Assembly (NCBI GenBank): GCA_020184695.1
Contig: JAANOX010000265.1
Span: 62,001-126,000 of the forward strand
Length of the DNA: 64,000 nucleotides
Direction of reading: 5' to 3'
Origin: Histomonas meleagridis 2922-C6/04-290x
Taxonomy: Eukaryota > Protista > Parabasalia
Position numbers and translations under genes: made by a program
The notes under the pieces: model-generated
The model's input: only the letters and a program-made list of their open reading frames with translations
The model's database searches: none
Told to the model about the DNA's origin: nothing
Shown here: in pieces, positions 1 to 11,535 of the stretch
Numbering within the stretch: position 1 is the first letter of the stretch
How the letters are laid out: every line of letters begins with the position of its first letter

Positions 1-658
1 CTTCTTGAACAAGAAGGAATTGATATTAACGCTAAAGATATTTATTTGTTTTATTTAATATTTATTTTAATAACTTGGTATTTCATAATAATATTTGGAA
101 AAAATTTTATATTATTTAAAACAGCACTTATGTGGGCATCTGAAAATGATCATACAGAAGTAGTTAAATTACATCTTGAACAAAAAGGAATTGATATTAA
201 TGCTAAAGATATTTAATTTATTTATTTAATATTTATTTTAATAATTTCAAATTTTATCTTAATATTTGAAAATTATTTTATTTATTTCAAACAGCAATTA
301 TAAAAGCAATCAAACATGGTCACCTTGAAATTGTTAAATTACTTCTTAGTCAAAAAGATATTGATATTAATGTTAAAGATATTTTTTTGTACTATTTAAT
401 ATCAGTTTTGGTAATATAGGGTTATAAGATAATATTTGGAAATTATTTATATTATTTAGAACAGCATTTATGTTAGCATCTCAATGTGGTAAGACAGAAG
501 TAGCTCAATTACTAATTGAACGAAAAGGAATTAATACCAATACTAAACAAGTTGTTTATTTTTGCTTTTTATAATTTTAAAATAACATTTGATGTTTTTC
601 CAAATTTTTTAGAAGAGCAAATCATTTTAACAAGAATAAGATATTGATCATATTATGA
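1..658 (+). CDS. 3' part of a DUF3447-type ankyrin-repeat gene with hairpin loops interrupted by 17-nt spacers (5' end outside window)
   Basis: 90-nt ankyrin blocks (TALMWASENDHTEVVKLHLEQKGIDINAKD, TAIIKAIKHGHLEIVKLLLSQKDIDINVKD, TAFMLASQCGKTEVAQLLIERKGINTNTK) start at 121, 291 and 461, a 170-nt period. Loops lie at 40-120, 211-290, 381-460 and 551-613. After spacer removal the frame ends at TGA 656-658. Confidence 0.75.
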
Positions 659-949
659 TTTATGACAAATAATCATCCAAAATGACTAAAATATAAAAGG
701 GTTAATATGGGTTGGATCCTCAAAAAGTGCTTTCGCATAATGCTGAAATTTTTCATAAAAAAATACAAATATTACTCAGGAAATCTTTTGAACGAATATT
801 CACACAAAATTTTTACTTTTATCTTTATAAGAATAGATAAATATATTCGAAACAAAACACAAATAAAAATTTTTTATTTTAATTTTCAATTCAAATAAAA
901 TTATTTTTTTACACTTTCACATGCATCTTCATCAGTTTTATTCTCTATT

Positions 950-2923
950 TTAAATCAAAGAATCAATGATGGCCATTGTTGAACATCTCAGCAACCTTCC
1001 CCTTTGGAAGTTGTTTATTCTCTCTTCTTGGCTTTTAACTGGTGGAACAAATGTTTTCTCAGGAACATTTGGATCGCCTTTCCAATATGGCAAAAACAAC
1101 GTCGCCAAACCTTTGTTCTGACTGGATCTTGCGACGTGGTAAGGATGAGCCTCAACAGATGACTCTGGGTTAACACCAATGGATAATAATACTTCGGCCG
1201 CTTCTGCATTTCCATAATATGCAGCGTATGACAAAGCTGACCAGCCGCCGTGATCCAATACGTTCACGTCATGCATGTTTAAGCCTATGATCATACATAT
1301 TAATGGATTTCCATTTGATGCAGCTTCATGTAATGGTGAATATCCTCCAGTATCAAATGTTTTATTCTTCTTGGAGATGCAGATTGCATGTAATACATCT
1401 TGAACGTTGCCTGATTTAATGGCAGCATCTAAAGGTGGTGCATTTAATGCAACAAAATCAAAGTCTTGATACTTCTTAGTGATGAAAGCTTCGCGTTCTT
1501 CTTTGGTTGAGTTAGGTGTGATCTTTAAGTTTGGATCTAAGTTGGATTCCAAGACGACGTTAGCATTGTCATTGCCGATCTTATCAAAAAGTTGTATCGT
1601 ATAGTTATCTAAACGGTCGAGTGTGAGCGAACGAACTTTTGAGACGGAGGACGTTAAGCTACGGTGTACCCCGGAACAATGTATACAAATACAAATTCCC
1701 CAATTAATACAACACCATGAAGGATTAGGTGCACCACAATCGGCACAAACAGTATTACATTGTTTGGTAAATGCCATTTGAGAAGTATCTTGTTCTATAG
1801 TAGATTGTGATGTTTCATCAGAATGATCGAGAAGATATTGAATGTTGTTTTGAATAACATTCATCCATTCCAGCATATCCCATTCAGACATAGCTTGAAG
1901 AGTATAATTTTTCTCTTGTGATATTATCATGAAACAATTTCTTCGTTCTGGATCTTTGATGGATTTAACTGAAGTTAAAAGAAGATTTAGAACGCCTTTG
2001 GGTCGATCACTATCTTCTGCTCCGTGATAATATGAAAGTGAATGATTATGCAATACAAAATATCTTCGTTGCCAAGCTTTGCGAATGCCACTAGCTTTCT
2101 TCCAAAGATACCCTTCATGTTCGAGAGCAGGGGTAGATGTAAATTTAAGTTTTAGACGCTTCCAAAAAAGTATGAAATATCCTTCAAGAGATTTGGAAGA
2201 TCGCTCAGTTTTCTCTTCGAACTGCTTCACTTCAGATGAAGAAGTTGGAAGAGATAATTGGATTTCATGGAAAAGATCCTTGGATGAATCAAATTCAAAT
2301 GTACATTCTCGATATGTAACACCTGAAAGATTTATAAATGCTAAAAACTATGTGTAAGAATTAAAACATACGGTTGCAGTAAGTTCGGGAAGTTTTTTAC
2401 GATCAACTAAATCGAGACATCGATGAAATTGAAATCCACTATAAACAGCTTGCCAATGCGTTGTAATTAGCTTGCCTTCTTTCTCTTCAAATTCCATTGG
2501 AGCTTTCTTTGGATTGATTGAAACGAATTGTTCAAGTGCTTTTGAATATGTATCAAAATCATGAAATGCCTTTTTTCCATATTCTTCTGCTCTCCCAATT
2601 TCGTTTTTCACAAAGTTCTTCAAAGGCGTTATAATATTAGCTTCAATTTGATCATAATGTGATTGAAGAGAATTTTTGAATGATAACAGCAAACCCGAAA
2701 TTGAACGCAAGGCAGGATCTACTTGGAATTCCTTATAGTTTCCAAAAGTTCCGGCAAGTTTTTCCATACAAGAACAAAGTTGATGTCCACAATCTGCATA
2801 TTGACTAAATGTTTTTTGTGTTACAAGAACATGTTCTTTCAGGTCAAGGATTTCATGAAGTCTCTGCTTAAGATCATGGTTGTGTAATGGCGATAGGTTC
2901 AGGAACTGAAGGTTGTCTTCCAT
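950..2923 (-). CDS. ACAP/centaurin-beta-like ArfGAP (BAR-like N-terminus, PH, ArfGAP zinc finger, ankyrin repeats); two exons 2923-2372 and 2347-950, 649 aa
   Basis: PH motifs EGYLWKK and WQRRYFVL, ArfGAP CADCGAPNPSWCCINWGICICIHCSGVHRSL, and C-terminal ANK repeats. The two track ORFs join in frame with no stops once the 24-nt intron is removed. Confidence 0.9.
2348..2371 (-). other. 24-nt canonical spliceosomal intron
   Basis: Sequence GTATGTTTTAATTCTTACACATAG: GT..AG ends, 5' GTATGT, and a 3' 12-mer TCTTACACATAG resembling the trichomonad ACTAACACACAG motif. It carries the in-frame stop that splits the ArfGAP ORF. Confidence 0.88.
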
Positions 2924-3465
2924 TTTTAGTTCAAACTGAAATTTTCTGTTGACAGTTGGGAGTTAGGATGCGGCTAAACAATTCAAAAAAGGCCGGCAAA
3001 AAACACCTTCACAGAAACCACTCAATTATATCTAAACGTATCTAAAGCGAAAATAAAATTTTTTTGCTGAAATTGCTTAATTAAATAAATAAATCTCAAA
3101 AAACCAAATAGGAAATTTTATTTAGGTTGCGAATGGCCTAGGCTAAATGAAAAAAAACAATAATATCAAACCAAAAAATAATCAATTTCTTTTGCAAGTA
3201 TGATATGAGTATCTTACATACTGAAAATCGCAACATGAATATTTGAAAATGGCACAAATCCTATCTTACTTGTCTTTTAGGATGAAGTATTACAACTAAT
3301 GTTTTCCAAATCTTATTTTAAAACTCATTTTTTTAAAACAAAGAAATGTTTGTGGCATTTAGCACCAATGCCTTTTGTTTAACAAGGATTATATAAGAAA
3401 AAATTAGTTTCAACATCTCAATGTTGAAAACTGTGGTAAACACTTTTGTGTAAATCACTGATTTA

Positions 3466-4317
3466 TTAACATGGCTTATCACGAAAGGTATCCCTAAAAA
3501 CCTTTAAATTATTTTGGTCACCATAGATCGAAAATGTTACTGTTTCGAAATACGATTTCATGTTTTGCTCAACCAAATATTTTTTGAAACAATTCGAAAT
3601 TTTTTTAGGATTATTATGGAATGCTCCACAACCAAATGCGCCTAAAATGATATGCTCAACGTTGTTCTCAATGCAACATTTAAGAATTGTTTGGATACGA
3701 GAATCATTAGTTTCATCAATATTAATACCTTTTCGAACGCTAAGACAATCAACAGCGGCAGATGTAATAAATGATGCTAAAATTGGTTTGTCCAAAAGAG
3801 TAAAATCATTTTTCTTCCAAATTGGTACATTTGGACTGAAAATTAAGTAATTGGATGCTTCACCTTTGGTATTCTGTCTGTTGTATTCATAAAATTCATG
3901 TTTTTGTATTAAGGAATAATATAAAGAAGAACATCTGCAAATTGATTCTTCTTGTGCACGTGCATTTGTCGCAAAAAGTCCACCAGGATGTATGGAATTA
4001 CCAAAATTTAAAGCACATACATTGGATTTGTTCTCTTGTTGAACAAGCCTATAACAAGCATCAACTGTCGATTCATTATGAATTGATATTAAGCCTTGTT
4101 TATTTCCTGGTGTAAAGTCTGAGTTATCGTAAGCATAGTTGTAGTCAGGTGGATATGATTTTGTATTAGCTAAACTTAAATCTAATTCTTCTTTAATTGA
4201 TATTTTTTCTTTCTTTGAGTTTATATAATATCCTTTCAAACACGTATCAATGATGTTCTTGGTTTCTGGGTTTGGTGATCTTAATACTGCTGGATTTGTG
4301 ATGGGAATAAATTCCAT
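3466..4317 (-). CDS. TIGR02452/DUF2263 macrodomain protein (microbial-type PARG-like)
   Basis: Motifs LNFGNSIHPGGLFATNARAQEESICRCSSLY, YLIFSPNVP, FITSAA and ILGAFGCGAFHN. Confidence 0.85.
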   Translation of the reverse strand: MEFIPITNPAVLRSPNPETKNIIDTCLKGYYINSKKEKISIKEELDLSLANTKSYPPDYNYAYDNSDFTPGNKQGLISIHNESTVDACYRLVQQENKSNVCALNFGNSIHPGGLFATNARAQEESICRCSSLYYSLIQKHEFYEYNRQNTKGEASNYLIFSPNVPIWKKNDFTLLDKPILASFITSAAVDCLSVRKGINIDETNDSRIQTILKCCIENNVEHIILGAFGCGAFHNNPKKISNCFKKYLVEQNMKSYFETVTFSIYGDQNNLKVFRDTFRDKPC

Positions 4318-4697
4318 TTACAATCACAATTCCTGGGCCTTACATAAAAAGTGCTAAAGAAATTTTTTGTTTAAAAAATACCAACACATCATTAACATAA
4401 CCCACGTCTATGCTGTTGCATTATTCATAGAGAAAATATTTCGTAATTTTCTTTAATAAATTTTTTTTCGATTTAATTTTGTAATTTCGCAATATTCCTA
4501 TTTTTCGCTCACTTCACTAAGAAGAATGCTAACATGAAAAAATCTTTTTTCTCGATTTTCTTTGCATATTTTGATTAATTCATATTTTTGTGACTGAATA
4601 TATGTTAAAATTTCTATTTGCTTACAAACTATATAAAAATAAATGATTTATCTAAAAATTTGTTGTCAGTCCACAGGTTTTTCACAGCAGTCTATTT

Positions 4698-7600
4698 TTA
4701 TTCTAAATTTTCATTTTCTTTTTTTCTTTTAATCAATATTGCGATCATTATACTTATTGCTACCACAGCAATAACACCGCACACCACACAACCAGCAATC
4801 AATGCTGTATTACTTTCTTTTTCTTCATCATTTATATTTGTTTCATAAAATCCGACTCTATTACCTTCAGTTATAACATTTTTCGCTTTAACTTCAGTGA
4901 AAGTCACACCCATTTTAACTTTAAAGCTACTATTGTTATTTAATGGTATGTAAACATTATTAACTATTCTTATATTATTTGCTACATCTATGTAAAATGA
5001 ACCTCTATAATCGAATGCATTATAACATTTTTTATCATTATGAATAATATTATTTCTAAATGTAACATTTTCTACCGATGCAATCCATGCAATTAAACCA
5101 TATGTATTTGAGAAAGTATTATTTTCGAATAAAATATTCCTTAAAATCGGATATCGCGTTTGTAAAGCAGAAGGATCCACTTTACTGTAAGTAGCAATTT
5201 CAATATCACGCGCAAATTTCTGGTCGGGACTTTTCGCGTTATTTTCATTACATTGATAAAATGTACAATTACTAATTCGAACATTATTTACACCATAACC
5301 TTCGCACCAAGAATTTAAAGTGAATCCAGTTAGTATTTTAATTGCGCCTTGATCGATATTATAAAAATGCGAGTTTTCTATTGTTACATCATCTCCTTGT
5401 ATTAGAATACCTCTACAAGTTGTATTATGGAATGAACAATTTCGTACAATTAAATTATGTGAATAAAATGCTTGATTAAATGTTATAAAACCATCATCGA
5501 TATCACCAGGAATTGTAGTATTTAATATTACTTCATATATTCCATTCGATTGATCGATAACTTTTCGATCAGTAATTTTTGTAATAATATTTGTAGGTGA
5601 AAAATCTTCATAACGTAATTCAATTGTTTGACCAACTGCAATTAAATGTAAATAATTTCCTGAAATAGTTTTTAATGAATTCGATGAATATTTTGTTAAG
5701 TAAAGTGTATTATCATGGAAATTTAAACAATCATCAGTACCAAATGAGAATTCACAATTTTCCATTAAGAAATATCCTTTCGATCCATAACAATGACAAT
5801 GATCTGCTGTGCATGTAATATGTCTTTTAGTTTTATCTTTAGGTTTAACAATGTTAACATTATCAAAATGCCAATATTGTTGTGAACCTGTAACAGAAAA
5901 TGCATGACCGGAACATGAATAAACATTAATATTTCTTAATGTTAAATGTGTATTCGAATCAAAACTAAAACATCCGTATTGATAATAACTATGTTGAAGT
6001 CTAAGGTATTGATTAACAAGGAAATAAGTATAATCATAAATTCGAATCGAATTCGGTGATAACCATTCAAATCTTGTATTCGAATTAAGTTTTCGTTTTA
6101 AATTTTCGGATTTAATTTTATTGTTCGAAGTCTTAACTATTGGTGGTACCCAAGATGCATTTATATTTAATATTTCTAAATGTTCAACATTAATATCTTT
6201 AAGTGGATATTCATCATATTCAACAAATTCAAGATCAAAGGTATTTGAAGTCTTCGCTAATACTTTAACAAGACTTGCAAGTGGGTTTCGATCCCAATTC
6301 CAATCGGCATTTAAATTTTGGATAAGAAGTTGATTACATCTTTTAACACTAATTCTTGCTGAACCTGATTTTGTTAAATCGGCATCGAAAATGATTGTTG
6401 CACCAGAACCATCGATTGTAAAATTATTTAATTCTGAAATTGATATTGTTGTAGTTGTAAATGATTTATAGATACCTTTGTTAATGATAAGTTTTGTTAC
6501 ATTAATTGTTTTACAATAATTTATCGCTTCATTAATTATATCACTTGCATTTTCAATGTTTTCATTTAACCCAAAATCAGCAGCGTTAATTATCTTCGTA
6601 TTATTTTCATCATTCTGTGGTAGTTTAACTTCAAATTCAGTGGCACCTTTTGGTAATGTTTCTTCATCAATTCCATCATAATATTCATAAGGTTCTGATA
6701 CATGTGAGTAAATAATTTCCGAAACTTTCGTTAATTCGAATGATGAAATTGTTCCCTTTAAACCTGATGAAATAGTCACATAAATAGAATAAACTTTTGC
6801 TCGTTCATCAGTAAAAAATGAATATGTTGAAGTAGTCTTTGTTCCAATCGTTAAGAAATATGATCCATAATCTTCTTCATCAGTTAAAAATGTTCTATTT
6901 CTAATAAAAATATGAACATTTGAACTAGACTCAGTTTGCAAATCATATGTTAATGTTAAATTATATTCCATATTACATTCAAGTAATGAATCAATTCTTA
7001 AAAACGTAGTTGTTGATGTTAAATCAATGGTTGATATATCAACAGATGTGCGATCATTGTTAAATGTAGCAATGCTGGGATTTTGAACTATAGATTCAGG
7101 AAATCCTGTTAAAACTTTTGCTGATTTAGATATACGATATAGAAGTCCTGCATTTGATTGATAAAAATCTGTTCCTGAAAATTTGGTCAAATCGAAATTT
7201 AATGGAAGCTTAATTATATTACTAAAGAAATTGGAAAAGGAAATTGATGACTCAGAGGATTCAATTGCATCAATTTTACATTGATAACAAAATGATGAAA
7301 TATTAATATCTAAAATCGTTGACGATTGAATCGTGATGAAAGAAAGCCAACAATTGGAATTAAGTATAAGATGTGGTCGATTTATGAATGTTATGGATGG
7401 TATTTTAATGTATCCATTGATAAAAAGTATGCCTTCAACTTTAAAATTGTTGATAGATGAGTTATTCGAAGAGGAAAATACATGGCCTTTTTCAGTAATT
7501 TCGATTTCTGGCGTTTTAATGATTGATCCTTTTTCAAAATAAAGATCGCCTGAACATGATATTTTGTTAGATTGAAGTGTAGAATTAGATGTAATTCGAA

Positions 7601-7925
7601 GTGTTGAGTTTTGATTGACTGTTATCGAGGGTGAATTTAATAATGTATTAGATATGGAAACATAAGCAGTAGAAATTGTAATTGAGTTTGCCGTTATTAA
7701 ATTTGTGAGAATAATTCTTGAAAGTTTAGAACTTTGGCCTTCAATTGAAAGAGCTCCTGCACAATTTAATTCTTCATCCATAAAAATAGTACAAGATGAT
7801 AATGGATCAGACGAATTAAAATCAATACTTATTGTACAATCACCATTTGGTTGAACATTATTCAGTACTTGACAATCTGTTAAATTGCTTGAAAAACATG
7901 CAATTAATAGTATTGCAAAAATCAT
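4698..7925 (-). CDS. Type I membrane protein with parallel beta-helix, GH110 (alpha-1,3-galactosidase)-like C-terminal region
   Basis: Signal peptide MIFAILLIACFSS, motif DHCHCYGSKGYFLMENCEFSFGTDDCLNFHD, repeated IxIENSxF beta-helix rungs, and a C-terminal TM followed by KRKK. Confidence 0.65.
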   Translation of the reverse strand: MIFAILLIACFSSNLTDCQVLNNVQPNGDCTISIDFNSSDPLSSCTIFMDEELNCAGALSIEGQSSKLSRIILTNLITANSITISTAYVSISNTLLNSPSITVNQNSTLRITSNSTLQSNKISCSGDLYFEKGSIIKTPEIEITEKGHVFSSSNNSSINNFKVEGILFINGYIKIPSITFINRPHLILNSNCWLSFITIQSSTILDINISSFCYQCKIDAIESSESSISFSNFFSNIIKLPLNFDLTKFSGTDFYQSNAGLLYRISKSAKVLTGFPESIVQNPSIATFNNDRTSVDISTIDLTSTTTFLRIDSLLECNMEYNLTLTYDLQTESSSNVHIFIRNRTFLTDEEDYGSYFLTIGTKTTSTYSFFTDERAKVYSIYVTISSGLKGTISSFELTKVSEIIYSHVSEPYEYYDGIDEETLPKGATEFEVKLPQNDENNTKIINAADFGLNENIENASDIINEAINYCKTINVTKLIINKGIYKSFTTTTISISELNNFTIDGSGATIIFDADLTKSGSARISVKRCNQLLIQNLNADWNWDRNPLASLVKVLAKTSNTFDLEFVEYDEYPLKDINVEHLEILNINASWVPPIVKTSNNKIKSENLKRKLNSNTRFEWLSPNSIRIYDYTYFLVNQYLRLQHSYYQYGCFSFDSNTHLTLRNINVYSCSGHAFSVTGSQQYWHFDNVNIVKPKDKTKRHITCTADHCHCYGSKGYFLMENCEFSFGTDDCLNFHDNTLYLTKYSSNSLKTISGNYLHLIAVGQTIELRYEDFSPTNIITKITDRKVIDQSNGIYEVILNTTIPGDIDDGFITFNQAFYSHNLIVRNCSFHNTTCRGILIQGDDVTIENSHFYNIDQGAIKILTGFTLNSWCEGYGVNNVRISNCTFYQCNENNAKSPDQKFARDIEIATYSKVDPSALQTRYPILRNILFENNTFSNTYGLIAWIASVENVTFRNNIIHNDKKCYNAFDYRGSFYIDVANNIRIVNNVYIPLNNNSSFKVKMGVTFTEVKAKNVITEGNRVGFYETNINDEEKESNTALIAGCVVCGVIAVVAISIMIAILIKRKKENENLE

Positions 7926-9065
7926 GTGGGGATGGTTTTGTTGGAATAGCTATTCAATAGATGCTTTAAAACCCACAAATTTCAATTTGTTCAAAAAGTT
8001 TACAATTGACTTTGTTTACAGTTGGGTTCGAGAATAGGTGGTGACACTCATAAAAAAATGAAAATATCTTGTCAAAAAAATAGTTTTTGATATAAAATAA
8101 TCCCTATACGGTAGAGATAATAAATTTAAATTATCAAAGGAATTTATTTTTAAAATAATAAAATTTAAATCTATAAAAAAATCATGATTTCATGCAATTT
8201 TAGCATAAAAATTATGCCATTTGTTATAATTTTTGGAGGAGAATAAAGTGAGCCTAGTCACGCCCAATGGAGATGTGTAGTTATGAAGAGATATAATTGT
8301 TATGTTGAAGATACAAAAATACCAAATGATGTACCGACACAATGTTCCATTTTTTTGGAATATTTTCAATTTATTCAATATCTTTAATCTATAATTAGAG
8401 TATCTTTTAAAAGCTGATGGCTAATTTTTAGATATTTTTCAAAATAGTTTCCTGTGCAATCCCCAAAGGCAAAAACGGTTTATTTACCATTTTTACCCAT
8501 AATTTTCAATACATTATAATCGTCACTAATAATTGTCTCCTTTTTTTGATGTCATCTTCCCCTTCTTGTACTTTTAAAACACAGAACAGGCGAAAGATTT
8601 TGAAAATGGCTAAAACATTAGAGAAGTAAAAAAATCCAAAATGTATTTAAGAAAGTATGTTTGAATTTTGATATGAAACCGTAAATCCTGAGCGACCGTT
8701 AATGGAATGAAGAAGGTTCACCCATTGCTTAATTTATTCATATGTAACCCAAAAAAAGTTTGTGTTGTGTCAGAATTTGAAGTATCACCACCTATGTTTG
8801 TCCCAAGGGTTTTGAACTGAGCTTTATGTCCGAGCTCACATTTTAATTCAGATTTAATTTGTTTATTTGGAACAATCCATCCACACGTTTTACTTAATGA
8901 ACTAATTATTTAACATAATATAACTTAATAAATCAATTATTTAACATTATTTAACTTAACGAATCAACACTTAATTATTATTTAATTGAGTGAGCCAATT
9001 ATTTAATTTCATTTCCATTAACAATAGATTCAATTCCACTTTAATCATAATTAAAAACGGTTTTG

Positions 9066-9118
9066 CGACCGTTAAAATATAACAAGAAAATATTCAGGAG
9101 ACGACCGTTAAAATATAA
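9066..9118 (+). repeat. 17-bp direct repeat CGACCGTTAAAATATAA x2 upstream of the ankyrin gene; contains a Myb-like TAACGG on the minus strand
   Basis: Identical copies at 9066-9082 and 9102-9118. Confidence 0.6.
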
Positions 9119-10464
9119 GAAATAAAATTTTATTTCAACTCCCACTTTTTTGAATGTGCCGATAAGGGCAAAAAGATTTTCGCTGGATTTTGCTTGTCCG
9201 GTTTCTATAAAACAAAATGAACAATTGGGAAACAATTCAGTTTATTCAACAAAAAATATTTTCCTTAAATAAAGAAAATGTTGTTCAAGCAGCTCTTTCA
9301 GTGTTTGATATATTTGATAATAATTATCAGTATTCATTTAACTTACTTATTAGTCAAATAATTTATTCATCATTTGTAGCAGGTATGAATGATTCAGAAG
9401 TCTATATGAATTTCATTAAAGAAATAAAAAAAATTGAAGATAACAAACAAATTCAAAGTAAAATACATAAAGTTTTTTTACAAATGATCTTAAAAATATA
9501 TTCTCAAGAATCAAATTATTTTCTTGAGAGAATGATTCAAGAAAATTTATGCGAATCAAACATAGTTGTACAGATGAGAGAAGAATATTTTATACATTAC
9601 ATGTCCAAAAAATTTCTAGAAGAAAATGAATATTTGAAACCAAAAATGGGAAATTCATAAGAAATTAATTAAAGATGGAGCTAATCCAAATGAAATTGCA
9701 AAAATAATTAGAAACGATGAAATAGAAAAACTTCAAGAAATTTCATCACAAACAAATTTTGATTTCAATCAAAAAATTGAACCATCGCCTTATGAAAGAT
9801 TTGATTTTATTAATAATAAAACAGTATCATTAATTGATTATGCAGCATTTTTTTCTTCAGTAAAATGTTTTAAATATTTACTTATGAATGGTGCAAATGT
9901 AGAAAACACAGGTAAATATGCAGTTGCAGGTGGAAATGAAGAAATCATTCATTTATGTGAACAAAATCATTCATCATTTAATGGCGCATATGAAACAGCA
10001 ATTGAATTCCATCGAAATGATATCTTTAAATACATATATGAGAATAAAATATGTTATATTAAAAAATTAGAAGAATTTGGAAAAAAGTGTATTTCATCTC
10101 ATAATTATGAAATTTTTATATTTTTACAAAAAGAAGGGATGCTAATTTGCGAAAACATTATTAATGAATCAGCAAGTATTGGAAACATATTTCTCATTAA
10201 ACATTTTCTTGAAAGTAATCAAATTCCGAAAGATATTTTAGTATTTTCATCAGAGTCAGAAAATATTGAACTTGTTAAATATATTTTAATACAAGAAGGA
10301 ATTGATATTAATGCCAAAAACATTTATTTGTTTTATTTAATATTTATTTTAATAATTTCTTATTTCAAAAAAATATTTGGAAATTATTTAAATTATTTGA
10401 AACAGCACTTATTAAAGCATCTGAAGAATGTTATACAGAAATCGTTAAATTACTTCTTGAACAA

Positions 10465-10738
10465 GAAGGAATTGATATCAATGCTAAAGATAAAATTTAA
10501 TTTAATAATTTTGGATTTCAAAATAATATTTGGAAATTATTTAAATTATTTATGACAGCACTTGTTTGGGCATCTGGAAATGGTCATATCGAAATAGTTA
10601 AATTACTTCTTAAATAAGAAGGAATTGATATCAATGCTAAAGATAAAATTTAATTTAATAATTTTGGATTTCAAAATAATATTTGGAAATTATTTAAATT
10701 ATTTATGACAGCACTTGTTTGGGCATCTGGAAATGGTT
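10465..10738 (+). repeat. Recent tandem duplication of one ankyrin unit including its spacers (153-nt period)
   Basis: Identical loop and start of helix block at 10492-10585 and 10645-10738; ACAGCA at 10555 and 10708. Confidence 0.85.
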
Positions 10739-10749
10739 GTATAGAAATA

Positions 10750-11535
10750 GAGTTGATGGAAAAATGTGTAAATTTTTCAAAAATTATGTGAAAAAGTGCT
10801 GTTTTAACGTCTTTTTTCGAAAAAAATTAATGTTTTTTGTGTGTTAACAGAGAATAAAATTAATTTCACATAAATAAAACTATTTCATTTGGGATACTAT
10901 ATATTTTGGTATTTTATTTTTTTTTTTATAATATGAATTTTTATTGAGAATTTTGAAATAATCAGATACAAAATTTATCTTTAATTTTTTGTTCGAAATA
11001 TAATAATTGATATTACCAAATGTATTATTTTGTATAGTGACTAATTTATTTAAAACATTTATTTTAGCATAAAAATTTAATTAATTTTTTTCATTTTCTC
11101 ATATCTTAAAATATGAAAATATAATTAAAGCAATTATAATATTCAAGCTTATACTGAATGTTTAATGGAATGCAAAATCTTTTGGTATATTTAGATTGCA
11201 AAATGGACACTGTTTTTCTTCCAATGCTTTTATTTGACCTTCATTCAATAATCCAAACATTGTATTCTCCGAGGCTATCCTGCGAGGTTTTGTTGTTAAT
11301 TTTTGCGTACTTTTATCTTGTGACTCAGGTTCACTTAATACCTTCTCTGGTACCAATGTTATTCTTATAACTTCTCCATTTTGAATAATCGGAGAAAAAC
11401 CTGCATGTTCCTAACTTAACAATATTGTTTGCTCATTACTTGCAATTTGCAATGTAATCTAAATTCTTTGAATGACGTTAAAATAGCACTTTTTTACATA
11501 ACTTTTCAAAAATTTACACATTTTTCCAGCAACTC
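10750..11535. mobile_element. 786-bp non-autonomous TIR DNA transposon (TA target duplication, ITm/Tc1-mariner-like)
   Basis: 62-bp terminal inverted repeats at 10750-10811 and 11474-11535 with 5 mismatches (GAGTTG...CAACTC). TA lies at 10748-10749 and 11536-11537. Removing the element and one TA restores GAA ATA GTT AAA TTA (EIVKL) of the ankyrin repeat. Confidence 0.88.
11162..11412 (-). pseudogene. Coding fragment inside the TIR element with a CPFC zinc-finger-like end
   Basis: Open frame EHAGFSPIIQNGEVIRITLVPEK...KQCPFCNLNIPKDFAFH* with no ATG; higher GC than its flanks. Confidence 0.4.

Noticed and set aside
40-124. Treating each 80-nt ankyrin insert as one intron (AT..AG ending at ACAG, or U12-type AT-AC)
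   Set aside because: AT-AC removal shifts the frame. AT..AG removal deletes D, xxGx and T. Loops followed by ACACCA, ACACCT or GCTCCA have no AG at that position. The 4x17 parse explains all length classes.
8190-9040. Possible coding remnants between the beta-helix gene and the ankyrin gene (for example LSKTCGWIVPNKQIK... on the minus strand)
   Set aside because: Short, no start codon, interrupted by stops and no recognisable family.
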